Program-made: the position numbers and the translations under genes | The notes under the pieces: generated by a model | Databases searched by the model: none | The model's input: only the letters and a program-made list of their open reading frames with translations | Told to the model about the DNA's origin: nothing | Source: a bacterium | GTDB taxonomy: Bacteria; Patescibacteriota; Minisyncoccia; Phycocordibacterales; UBA5272 | Length of the DNA stretch: 58,514 nucleotides | Direction of reading: 5' to 3' | Assembly (NCBI GenBank): GCA_043718735.1 | Contig: JAYSVC010000011.1 | Span: 1 to 58,514, forward strand | In this document: one piece after another, positions 36,995 through 45,950 of the stretch | Position numbering within the stretch: position 1 is the stretch's first letter | Layout: the number at the start of each line of letters is the position of its first letter

Positions 36995-38599
36995 ATGATG
37001 TTAAAAAATATAAAAATAAATAATTATAGAAGTATTAAAGAAATAGATTTTGAGATTGAACAAATATCAGACATGAGTTTTACTTATGGGTTATTGGGTA
37101 TAAATGAGGCTGGAAAATCTAGTATTTTAGAGGCTTTATCATTCAAAGATTCTAGAATAAATACTCTACCAAAGATAAATGATTTTTACAAAGGAAATAA
37201 AGAAGATTTTCAGGTTTTATATAAATATGAAATATCCGATTTTGAAATTGAGGAAATTAAAAAATTATCAGTATTTGAAAGTTTAACAAAGGATTCTTTC
37301 GAAGGTGTCGACACTCTATCAGAAGAAGAGTTCGACACATCATTTTTTTTAGACAAAAACTTAAAACCCTCGGAATTAAAAAAAATAGATCTGATATACA
37401 CATATAAAAGAGATCAGAATGTTACGAGACAGGCATCCATATCCTTTTCAGAAGTTAAAGATCAGAAATTTAAAATATTTTTAGAGGCTAACCTTTTACA
37501 AGAAATAGAAAAAATATCTCACAAAACTACTTTTTGGAAGTATGACCCAAAGTACTTAATTGATAATAATATTCCTTTGAATATATTCACACAGAAGATT
37601 GATGATTTTATACCATTAAGAAACTGTTTCAATTTGATAGGCTTACCTACTCACGAAAAAATAAAAGAAGCTATAGATAAGATATTGCCAGGTGAAAATT
37701 CTAGCGAAAGAGAAAAACTGCAGGATGATATGGGAACAAAGATAACGGAACATATTAAAAATGTTTGGAAAGGTCATGATATAACAATTACTTTTAATAT
37801 ATCAGGTGATATTCTTAATTTTCACATAAAGGAAAATAACTCAAATGAATTGGCCGAGAAGATAGATCAGAGGAGCGACGGATTTAAACAGTTTATTTCT
37901 TTTATATTAAGTGTTTCAATTGAAAATACAACTCAAAATCTAAGTAACACCATAATATTACTTGATGAGCCAGAAACTCATTTACACCCAAAAGCTCAAC
38001 AGTTATTTCTAGAAGAACTTATTCTTTTAACAAAAGAAAATAACAATATTTGTTTTTTTGCTACACACTCAAATTATATGGTGGATAAAAGTAATATTGA
38101 CAGAAATTTTTTAATTACAAAAGATTACACAGACAGAACTAACAAAAAAACTACAAAAGGAAGGTTTGATAAAAAGAATGCTAGTTATGCATATGTAAAT
38201 TTTAAAGCTTTTCAGATTTACTCAACAGATTATCATAATGAACTTTATGCAGATTTAGAAATAAATTTTCCAGATATTTTTAAAAAAAAAATAAATTTTA
38301 CACACGTATTAGGTATAGAAAAAGAAAATGTGCATAAAAATGAAGAAGAACAAAAAAAATGTAGTGATTGCAAAAAATACATTAAAACAAATAAAGACAA
38401 AACAACGTATACAGAATACATATCTGAACAAAAATATATAAGAAATCAGATACATCACCCAGAAAATAAAAATGGAAATGAAAGATATACACAGGAGAGA
38501 TTAGAAAAATCTATTAATTTTATGTTGAAATTAATTTCAGATGAGAAACAGAAAGAAGTTGCGATGGTAAGTAAAACAATAAAAAGTAAAGCTTTATGA
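36995..38599 (+). CDS. ABC/SMC-like (AAA_15/21-type) ATPase with an unassigned C-terminal domain carrying an RNxxxH motif
   Basis: Walker A GINEAGKSS (37097-37123), signature-like QRSDGFKQF, Walker B ILLDEPETHLHP, and H-loop FFATHS. The C-terminal part of about 170 aa contains CSDCKKY and YIRNQIHHPEN (38441-38458). Confidence 0.75.
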   Translation: MMLKNIKINNYRSIKEIDFEIEQISDMSFTYGLLGINEAGKSSILEALSFKDSRINTLPKINDFYKGNKEDFQVLYKYEISDFEIEEIKKLSVFESLTKDSFEGVDTLSEEEFDTSFFLDKNLKPSELKKIDLIYTYKRDQNVTRQASISFSEVKDQKFKIFLEANLLQEIEKISHKTTFWKYDPKYLIDNNIPLNIFTQKIDDFIPLRNCFNLIGLPTHEKIKEAIDKILPGENSSEREKLQDDMGTKITEHIKNVWKGHDITITFNISGDILNFHIKENNSNELAEKIDQRSDGFKQFISFILSVSIENTTQNLSNTIILLDEPETHLHPKAQQLFLEELILLTKENNNICFFATHSNYMVDKSNIDRNFLITKDYTDRTNKKTTKGRFDKKNASYAYVNFKAFQIYSTDYHNELYADLEINFPDIFKKKINFTHVLGIEKENVHKNEEEQKKCSDCKKYIKTNKDKTTYTEYISEQKYIRNQIHHPENKNGNERYTQERLEKSINFMLKLISDEKQKEVAMVSKTIKSKAL

Positions 38600-39438
38600 A
38601 AATAGAAATAGTCTTACAGCTAACAAATAATTTTGAAGAACATTCTAACAAAGCTAATGATGATCTAGAATTTTGGTTTGCTCGTGATCTGCAACAACTT
38701 TTAGGATATGCAAAATGGGAGAACTTTATAAGTGTTATAAATAAAGCAAAAACTGCTTGTGAAGTGTCAGGAGAAGATTGTCAATACCATTTTCCTGATA
38801 TCAGGAAAATGGTCGATATTGGCTCTGGTGCAAAAAAAGAGATAGAAGATTTTATGCTCACACGCTATGCATGCTACCTTATAGCTCAAAATGGAGACCC
38901 TGGTAAAGAGGCTATAGCCTTTGCTCAAACATATTTTGCGATACAGACAAGAAAAGCAGAACTGATAGCAGAAAGAATAAGCGAGATAGAAAGATTAAAA
39001 GCTAGAAAAAAATTAACTGAAACAGAAAAAGAATTATCAAGTGTAATATTTCAACAAACTGGAGGCAATAACAATTTCGCACTCATTAGAAGTAAAGGTG
39101 ATACTGCTTTTTTTGGTGGTAAATCTACGAAAGATATTAAAATACTTTGGAATACAGGAAGTAAGCCTGTGGCAGATTTTATGCCTTCAATTTTACTAAA
39201 GGCAAAAGATTTTGCAACAGAAATAACTATACACAATGCAAAAGAAAATAATATGCGAACTGAGAATCAAATCTCGAATGAACATATTACAAATAATAAG
39301 TCAGTTAGAGATACTCTTATAAGTCGAGGTATAGTGCCAGAGAAATTAAAGCCAAGTGTTGATATAAAAAAGATAGAAAGAAAAGTAAAGTCAGAAAATA
39401 AAAAAGATATAAAAGTTCTTTTAAAAAGTAAAAATTAA
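38596..39438 (+). CDS. dinD: DNA-damage-inducible protein D (DinD) family protein
   Basis: [19 protein letters not shown]..., [16 protein letters not shown] and [15 protein letters not shown] are DinD-like. The ATGA start/stop overlap with the ATPase implies translational coupling. Confidence 0.65.
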   Translation: MKIEIVLQLTNNFEEHSNKANDDLEFWFARDLQQLLGYAKWENFISVINKAKTACEVSGEDCQYHFPDIRKMVDIGSGAKKEIEDFMLTRYACYLIAQNGDPGKEAIAFAQTYFAIQTRKAELIAERISEIERLKARKKLTETEKELSSVIFQQTGGNNNFALIRSKGDTAFFGGKSTKDIKILWNTGSKPVADFMPSILLKAKDFATEITIHNAKENNMRTENQISNEHITNNKSVRDTLISRGIVPEKLKPSVDIKKIERKVKSENKKDIKVLLKSKN

Positions 39439-39457
39439 AATAAAATATAATAAAAAT

Positions 39458-40621
39458 ATGGAAACAAAATTAAGAACAGAAATAACAGTAAGAGAGATGT
39501 GTGATGGTTTTGTTTATAATGAATTAGAAGGCAAAGGACTTTTTGGGCTTAGTGGAACACTTACAATACAACCAGAATATCAGAGAAATTATATATACGC
39601 TGATGGCAAGAGGGATGTTGCAGTTATTGAGTCTATCTTAAAAGGGTATCCACTGGGACTCATTTATTTTAATAAAACTGAGGAAGGTAAATTAGAAGTA
39701 CTAGATGGGCAGCAACGTATTACGAGTATAGGCAGATATGTAACAGGTAAATTTGCAATAAAAGATATTAACGGTATGGAGCAATATTTTTCTGGTATTG
39801 CAGACAGTGAGAAAGAAAAGATTCTTAATGCAAAACTTTTGATATATGAGTGTTCTGGTGAAGAGCCAGAAATAAAACAATGGTTCAAAACTATTAACAT
39901 AACTGGAGTGCCACTCACCACCCAGGAGATAAATAATGCAATATATTCTGGATCTTTTGTTACACTCGCAAAAGAAGAATTTAGCAATAGTCAAAATTCT
40001 AATATACAAAAATGGAGTGCCTATATAAAAGCGAGTGCTATAAGGCAAGGGTTTTTAGAGAGAGCTTTAGAGTGGGTTAGTGATGGAAGTGTTGATAATT
40101 ATATGAGTAAACATAGACATGATGCAAATATAGACGAACTTAAAAATTATTTTAACAAAGTTATAGATTGGGTGTCCAGCATATTTGAAAATGTAGAAAA
40201 TGAAATGTCCGGCTTAGAGTGGGACAGATTATACAGAAAGTACGGAGAAAATAAATATGATAGTAAAAAAGTCGGAGAAGAAGTTAAGAAACTTTATGCA
40301 GATAATATTATAAAGAGTAGATCTGGTATATTTGAGTTTATTTTAGGAGGATCTGTAGATTATAAGTTATTAGATATTAGATTTTTTGAAGATTCTGTAA
40401 AAAAATCTGTTTACACTACGCAAACTGACACAGCAAAACTAGAAAACAAATCAAATTGTTCATTTTGTGCTATTGGTCATGATGCAAGCAAAACCAAGAT
40501 TTGGAAATTGGAAGAAATGGATGCAGATCATGTGTCAGCTTGGAGTCGTGGAGGTGAGACAAATATAAAAAACTGCGAGATGCTTTGTAAAAGTCACAAT
40601 AGAGCAAAGGGGAATAGGTAA
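39458..40621 (+). CDS. DUF262 (ParB-like/GmrSD N-terminal) protein fused to an HNH endonuclease
   Basis: DUF262 motifs [11 protein letters not shown] and LDGQQRITS (about 39704). C-terminal [35 protein letters not shown]. Confidence 0.8.
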   Translation: METKLRTEITVREMCDGFVYNELEGKGLFGLSGTLTIQPEYQRNYIYADGKRDVAVIESILKGYPLGLIYFNKTEEGKLEVLDGQQRITSIGRYVTGKFAIKDINGMEQYFSGIADSEKEKILNAKLLIYECSGEEPEIKQWFKTINITGVPLTTQEINNAIYSGSFVTLAKEEFSNSQNSNIQKWSAYIKASAIRQGFLERALEWVSDGSVDNYMSKHRHDANIDELKNYFNKVIDWVSSIFENVENEMSGLEWDRLYRKYGENKYDSKKVGEEVKKLYADNIIKSRSGIFEFILGGSVDYKLLDIRFFEDSVKKSVYTTQTDTAKLENKSNCSFCAIGHDASKTKIWKLEEMDADHVSAWSRGGETNIKNCEMLCKSHNRAKGNR

Positions 40622-40647
40622 TTCAAATTATTTTAAAAATAGAAACA

Positions 40648-40656
40648 TGATATAAT
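40648..40656 (+). promoter_or_regulatory. Extended -10 box TGATATAAT
   Basis: It lies 18 nt upstream of the ATG at 40675. Confidence 0.5.
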
Positions 40657-40674
40657 ACACCTAAGAGAATTTTT

Positions 40675-41784
40675 ATGGTAAAGAAAATAATTAAAAAAGA
40701 GACTATAAAGAAACCAACTATTTCCAAAATGGAAACAGTTGGAGTTGTTGCAAAAAATGCAACAGTTCAAAATGGAAACAAAAGCAATATGCAAAAAATG
40801 CACATACCACTTAAAACTCAGAAACCTGTTATATTTCAAGCTAAAAACGGAGCGATAGAGCTACGTGGTGATATAGCAAAAGAGACTTTGTGGGCAACAC
40901 GTATGCAAATGGCTGAAATTTTTGAAGTAAATCCACAAGCAATATCTAAGCATTTGTTAAATATATACAAAGATGGTGAATTAGATAGGCAGGCAACTAG
41001 TTCCAAAATGGAACTAGTTCAAAATGAGAAGGGTAGAATCGTAAAACGTTCTATAGATATTTATAATTTAGACATGTTGATATCCGTCGGATATAGGATT
41101 AATTCTCTTATGGGAACAAATTTTCGTAAATGGGCTACAAAAACTTTAAAAGATCATATAACAAAAGGCTACACTTTAAATAAAAAGGTCATAGCTAAAA
41201 ATTATAATGAATTTTTATCTGCCGTAAATGAAATAAAAGCATTACTACCTGAGGGTAATTTTTCTGATATAAAAAATGTATTAGATCTGGTTAATGCCTT
41301 TGCAGGCACTTGGCTTACTCTTGACTCATATGATAAAGAAAATTTTACCAAAACCAAAACTACAAGAAAGAAAATTAACTTAACTGCGGGTGAGTTAACT
41401 TCTGCATTGCTAGAATTAAAAAATGACTTGATTAAAAAAGGTGAGGCGACAGAAATATTTGCCATAGATAGAAATAAAGAAAGTTTAGAAGGTATAATAG
41501 GTAATGTTATGCAATCATTTTCTGGTAAAGATCTTTATATTAGTATAGAGGAAAAAGCAGTGCATTTATTATACTTTATAGTTAAGAATCATCCATTTAT
41601 TGACGGGAATAAGAGAAGCGGTGCTTTTTCTTTTATATGGTTTTTGAATAAGTATAAATTATTAGATAAAGAAAAAATATCTCCAGAAGCTTTGGCTGCT
41701 ATTACTCTTTTAATTGCAGAAAGCGACCCAGCACATAAGGAGAAAATAACTAAGCTAGTAACTAGTTTAATAAGTAAAAAATAA
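40675..41784 (+). CDS. RhuM-family N-terminal domain fused to a Doc-type Fic domain
   Basis: RhuM-like block LWATRMQMAEIF...ISKHL.NIY..GEL......SKMELVQ.E..R.V.R....YNLDMLISVGYRINS..GT.FRKWAT. The Fic core is HPFIDGNKR (41590-41616), the Doc-like GNKR variant. Confidence 0.7.
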   Translation: MVKKIIKKETIKKPTISKMETVGVVAKNATVQNGNKSNMQKMHIPLKTQKPVIFQAKNGAIELRGDIAKETLWATRMQMAEIFEVNPQAISKHLLNIYKDGELDRQATSSKMELVQNEKGRIVKRSIDIYNLDMLISVGYRINSLMGTNFRKWATKTLKDHITKGYTLNKKVIAKNYNEFLSAVNEIKALLPEGNFSDIKNVLDLVNAFAGTWLTLDSYDKENFTKTKTTRKKINLTAGELTSALLELKNDLIKKGEATEIFAIDRNKESLEGIIGNVMQSFSGKDLYISIEEKAVHLLYFIVKNHPFIDGNKRSGAFSFIWFLNKYKLLDKEKISPEALAAITLLIAESDPAHKEKITKLVTSLISKK

Positions 41785-41790
41785 AAGCAT

Positions 41791-44700
41791 ATGCAAAACC
41801 AAACACAAAACCAAATCAAGAATATCAATGACCAAAGATTCGAAGACAGATACGAGTCGCTAAATGACATGCAGAAAAAGGCGGTGGATAATATAGATGG
41901 ACCGCTGTTAGTTGTCGCTGGCCCAGGATCAGGAAAAACAGAATTACTGTCACTGCGTACTGCAAACATATTAAAAGTGTCTCAGGTGTCACCTAATAAT
42001 ATATTACTACTAACTTTTACCGACAGTGGGGCACATAACATGCGTGAGAGGTTGGTGGGGCTAATAGGGGAAGCTGGGTATAAGGTGGCAGTGTATACTT
42101 TTCATTCATTTGCGAGCGACATCATGGGTCGTTATGCTGAGCACTTTTTCGATGGGGCTAATTTCCGTCCAGCTACAGATATAGAAAGGATAAATATATT
42201 AGAGAATATTTTAAATGAATTACCAAGAGATGCAAAATTAAATTCAAAACATCCTGAGATGGGTTATACTTACTTATCTGACATTGTATCTTGTATTTCT
42301 GCGCTTAAAAAAGGTAATCTGAATGCTGATGAGTGGCGTAATAAAATAAATATTTTAGAAAAAGAATTTGAACGAGTTAACAGTGTAGTAACTGAAAAAT
42401 TGCTAGAAATAAAAGGCAAGAGTAAATATGATGTGTTGTTGCCAGCATACACAAGCATATATGAAGACCTAAACACTTTAGCAGAAGAAAATAACATTGC
42501 AAAATACTTAGTAAATACTCTAGCTCTCGAACTTAAACAAAGCATAGAAACAGGCAAGACCAGCAACCTCACAGATTTTAAAAATGAATATTTTGTTTTT
42601 GAAGATGGTACAGAAAAATTTATTTTAAAAAATAGCCAAAAAGATAAAATACGAAAATGGTTAGAATTAGCTGATGTGTGTGAAAAATATAATACTCAAA
42701 TGAACAAATTAGGTTTATATGATTTTGACGATATGATATTCAAAGTTGGTCGTGAACTTGAAAAAAATAATACACTCAGAAATGAATTAGAAGAAAAATA
42801 TCAATACATCATGATTGATGAATTCCAAGACACTAATGACGCACAGTTTGCACTAGTTAAAAACCTAACTAGTAATAAAATAAATGAAGGCAGACCAAAT
42901 GTTATGGCAGTGGGTGATGACCAAGCAATATTCAAATTCCAAGGAGCGGAACTAGACAATATTAATAAGTTTATAAATAGTTTTGTTGATGTTGAATTAG
43001 TAACACTTGATAAAAACTATAGATCTACACAAAATATTTTAGACCATTCTAGAAGTCTAATAACCAAAGTGGAAGACAGATTAGAAGTTCGTTATGCAGG
43101 GAAGATAAATAAAAAAATAATCGCAAGTAATAAGAAATTATTAGAAGAGCAAGAAGGAAAAATAATAGAAAAGTCTTTTGAGAATATACACAGTGAGATG
43201 GATTATATTTGCACTGAGATAAAAAATATTTTAATGAATGGGGTAAACGCAAATGAGATTTCTATAATTTCTAGGACGCACATTAATTTGAAATCATTAG
43301 TAGAAATTATGAATCAGTATCAAATACCATTTTCTTATGAAAAAAAAGAAAACGTTTTTGAAAAACAGCCTATAAAGGAGCTTATAAATATTGTTTCTTT
43401 TGTGAGTAATGGTTTTGATGGATCTTCTGATTATCTTTTACCAGAAATAATGAGTTACAAGTTTTGGAATATAAATAGATTAGATATTTGGAATATCGCT
43501 GAAAAAGTAAAAGAGGGAGAAGTTAGTGTTGGTGACGTAGGAGAAAAAATATACAAAAGATTGTCTTGGTTAACAGTTATGAGTAAGTCGGATAATGTTG
43601 AAATAAAAAATATCGCCAGCTTTCTAATAGAACTAATTAGTGACGCAAAAAGCATGCCACTACCTCACCTGATAGATAAGATAATAGGCACTAATGAATG
43701 GGAGATAAACGGTGAACATGACGATGATTTTTCTGAAGAAAAAAAATTAAATTACAAATCTCTATTTCGAAGTTATTATTTTGGAAAAGATAATTTTGAC
43801 CATAATAAGCCTGAGTATCTAGAGTTCCTCTTTGCCCTTCGCACTTTTATGGGGGCACTTCGTGAATATCGAAGTGGTGAAGTGTTGTATGCTAAGGACT
43901 TAGAAGAGTTTATAAATATTTATAATAATAATCAAAACCTAACATTAAAATTATCTTCACCATTTGCCACCAGTAGTGAGGCAGTGGTTCTGCAAACTGC
44001 ACATAAAAGTAAAGGTCTAGAATACGAATATGTTTTTATAATCAACAGTGATGAGGACGAGTGGAATGGTAGAAAGAGAAGTAACAAAATAGGTATGCCT
44101 ATGAATTTAAAATTATTACCTAGTAATGATGAGTTGTCAGACAGGACAAGATTGTATTATGTCGCTATGACTCGTGCCAAGCATACACTTTATATCACAC
44201 ACAACAATGAAAAGTTTTCAGCACTTTTTTCTGATGAACAAAATGAAAAAAATAAATTAGAAAAATTAGAAGCGAAAAAACAAAAAGCATTACTTAAAAA
44301 AGAAGGAAAAGGTAATTCAGATATTGAAAAAAGTAGCCTCTCAAAAGAATTAGTAAATAGCTTGTATGTAAAACCAACTCAAATATTACTCCAAGATGAG
44401 AAGATTTTATTAAAAAGACTCTTAGAGAATTATAAAATGCCAGTGACTCACCTTATTAATTATCTTAATATTGGAAAAGTCGGACCAGAAAAATTTATAG
44501 AGCAGAACCTTTTAAAGTTTCCACAAGCTATGAGCCCAAGTAGTGTCTATGGGTCTGCCATGCACGCCGCTATGCAAAATTATTATTTGTATTTTAAAAA
44601 ATATCAGAAATTAGCAAGTAATGAAAAACTAATAGAGTATTTTACAAATGCACTAAGTGCAGGCACAATGACTAAAATAGATTATGATAAATACTTAGAA

Positions 44701-45309
44701 TCAGGTATTAAAAATTTAAATATTTATATAGAAGATTTAAAAAGTAGAAATGGAAATACAAAAGATGGAAGGCTCGGTATAAAAGAAAGTGATATGGTTG
44801 AAGTAAACTTTCTAAATGAAGGAGTGTGTATCGGTGAGGCTCATGCTACTGGGAAAATAGACAAGATGAGTTTTGATGGAGAAAGTATAAAAGTAACAGA
44901 CTTTAAAACAGGGAAAAGTTTTGAAGATTGGGGAGATGGATCTGGTTATGATAAAGTAAAATTACATTTTAATCAGTATCAGCTCGCTTATTATTATCTA
45001 TTAATTAAAAATAGTAGAACTTATCAAAATTATAAAGTAGAGTATGGTTACATAGAATTCTTAGAATTAGATGACAATAAAAAGATAAATATTCTAGAAT
45101 TAAAATTAGATGAAGAGCTAATAAGTAGGGTGGAAAGGTTGACAAATATTATTTATCAAAAAGTTATGAATCTTGATTTTCCTGACACTGCAAAATATAA
45201 GTTAAAGAATAATAAAAGTGAAGTAGAGGAAAATTATGAAGAAAAAAGTGAGGTTACTTTGAAAGATATATTAAGATTTGAAGATGATTTGCTAAATGGT
45301 GAGATATAA
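41791..45309 (+). CDS. AddA-like UvrD/Rep-family helicase with a C-terminal RecB-type PD-(D/E)XK nuclease
   Basis: Walker A AGPGSGKTE and motif II MIDEFQDTN. The C-terminal nuclease has GKIDKMSF...IKVTDFKTGK...QYQLAYYY. It starts 6 nt after the RhuM-Doc stop. Confidence 0.85.
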   Translation: MQNQTQNQIKNINDQRFEDRYESLNDMQKKAVDNIDGPLLVVAGPGSGKTELLSLRTANILKVSQVSPNNILLLTFTDSGAHNMRERLVGLIGEAGYKVAVYTFHSFASDIMGRYAEHFFDGANFRPATDIERINILENILNELPRDAKLNSKHPEMGYTYLSDIVSCISALKKGNLNADEWRNKINILEKEFERVNSVVTEKLLEIKGKSKYDVLLPAYTSIYEDLNTLAEENNIAKYLVNTLALELKQSIETGKTSNLTDFKNEYFVFEDGTEKFILKNSQKDKIRKWLELADVCEKYNTQMNKLGLYDFDDMIFKVGRELEKNNTLRNELEEKYQYIMIDEFQDTNDAQFALVKNLTSNKINEGRPNVMAVGDDQAIFKFQGAELDNINKFINSFVDVELVTLDKNYRSTQNILDHSRSLITKVEDRLEVRYAGKINKKIIASNKKLLEEQEGKIIEKSFENIHSEMDYICTEIKNILMNGVNANEISIISRTHINLKSLVEIMNQYQIPFSYEKKENVFEKQPIKELINIVSFVSNGFDGSSDYLLPEIMSYKFWNINRLDIWNIAEKVKEGEVSVGDVGEKIYKRLSWLTVMSKSDNVEIKNIASFLIELISDAKSMPLPHLIDKIIGTNEWEINGEHDDDFSEEKKLNYKSLFRSYYFGKDNFDHNKPEYLEFLFALRTFMGALREYRSGEVLYAKDLEEFINIYNNNQNLTLKLSSPFATSSEAVVLQTAHKSKGLEYEYVFIINSDEDEWNGRKRSNKIGMPMNLKLLPSNDELSDRTRLYYVAMTRAKHTLYITHNNEKFSALFSDEQNEKNKLEKLEAKKQKALLKKEGKGNSDIEKSSLSKELVNSLYVKPTQILLQDEKILLKRLLENYKMPVTHLINYLNIGKVGPEKFIEQNLLKFPQAMSPSSVYGSAMHAAMQNYYLYFKKYQKLASNEKLIEYFTNALSAGTMTKIDYDKYLESGIKNLNIYIEDLKSRNGNTKDGRLGIKESDMVEVNFLNEGVCIGEAHATGKIDKMSFDGESIKVTDFKTGKSFEDWGDGSGYDKVKLHFNQYQLAYYYLLIKNSRTYQNYKVEYGYIEFLELDDNKKINILELKLDEELISRVERLTNIIYQKVMNLDFPDTAKYKLKNNKSEVEENYEEKSEVTLKDILRFEDDLLNGEI

Positions 45310-45347
45310 AAACTAAAGTTTTCGTTATTGATAATATCTGTATATTT

Positions 45348-45356
45348 TGTTATACT
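45348..45356 (+). promoter_or_regulatory. Extended -10-like box TGTTATACT
   Basis: It lies inside the over-long ORF call 45328.., which supports the Met at 45409 (GGAG upstream). Confidence 0.4.
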
Positions 45357-45408
45357 AAAAATAGGTCTAGCTTTCTGCAAAACCATTCACAAATTTTTGG
45401 AGATCTTT

Positions 45409-45840
45409 ATGAATTTACTAGCTCTTTTATTCAACCCTAAAAATTGGTCAGTACTTTTTAAGTTAATTGTAGTGTTTTTTAAAACATTGCCAATGATACT
45501 TAAGATTATGTTGATTAGTTATCAACTGAAAAGAACAATCAGGAAAATCTCTCAGCAACAAAAACCAAAAAAGGTTATTGTTGTTAAATCAGAGACATCT
45601 GCGTTGGAATATTTTCAAGCCATTTTGCAAATGATTTCCTTTGGCATCTGCACATTATTTTTGATGTTCAGTTTTGAATTTTCAAAGATCATGGTCCCTG
45701 TGGTTGGAGAATACTTCTTTATACTTTCTTTGTTTTGCGCTTTGATTGGTGCAGTTTTTAATGGGTATTTACTGGATGTATTTTTCTATCCACGTAAACC
45801 AAAACCAACTCATTCTTTTTCTGTGTCGCAGCTCAGTTGA
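45409..45840 (+). CDS. Small multi-pass membrane protein
   Basis: Trimmed to an SD-preceded Met. It has 3-4 hydrophobic helices, a TGA stop, and a terminator-like hairpin CCCCTGA...TCAAGGGG downstream. Confidence 0.5.
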   Translation: MNLLALLFNPKNWSVLFKLIVVFFKTLPMILKIMLISYQLKRTIRKISQQQKPKKVIVVKSETSALEYFQAILQMISFGICTLFLMFSFEFSKIMVPVVGEYFFILSLFCALIGAVFNGYLLDVFFYPRKPKPTHSFSVSQLS

Positions 45841-45915
45841 TTTGTAAATAGTCAAATAAAATAAATGCCCCTGATTTTATATCAAGGGGTATTTTTATAT
45901 TTTAGAATTATTTTG

Positions 45916-45924
45916 TGGTATAAT
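45916..45924 (+). promoter_or_regulatory. Extended -10 box TGGTATAAT
   Basis: Same 16-mer TTTTGTGGTATAATAT as at 35861-35876. Confidence 0.5.
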
Positions 45925-45950
45925 ATTTATTAGAAAGATACTCTATTTAT

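Noticed and set aside
36995-45309. Calling the ATPase plus UvrD-like helicase a Gabija (GajA/GajB) system.
   Set aside because: The ATPase lacks a recognisable Toprim domain. The helicase is 3 genes and 3 kb away and carries a RecB nuclease domain (AddA-like). The two are in different transcription units.
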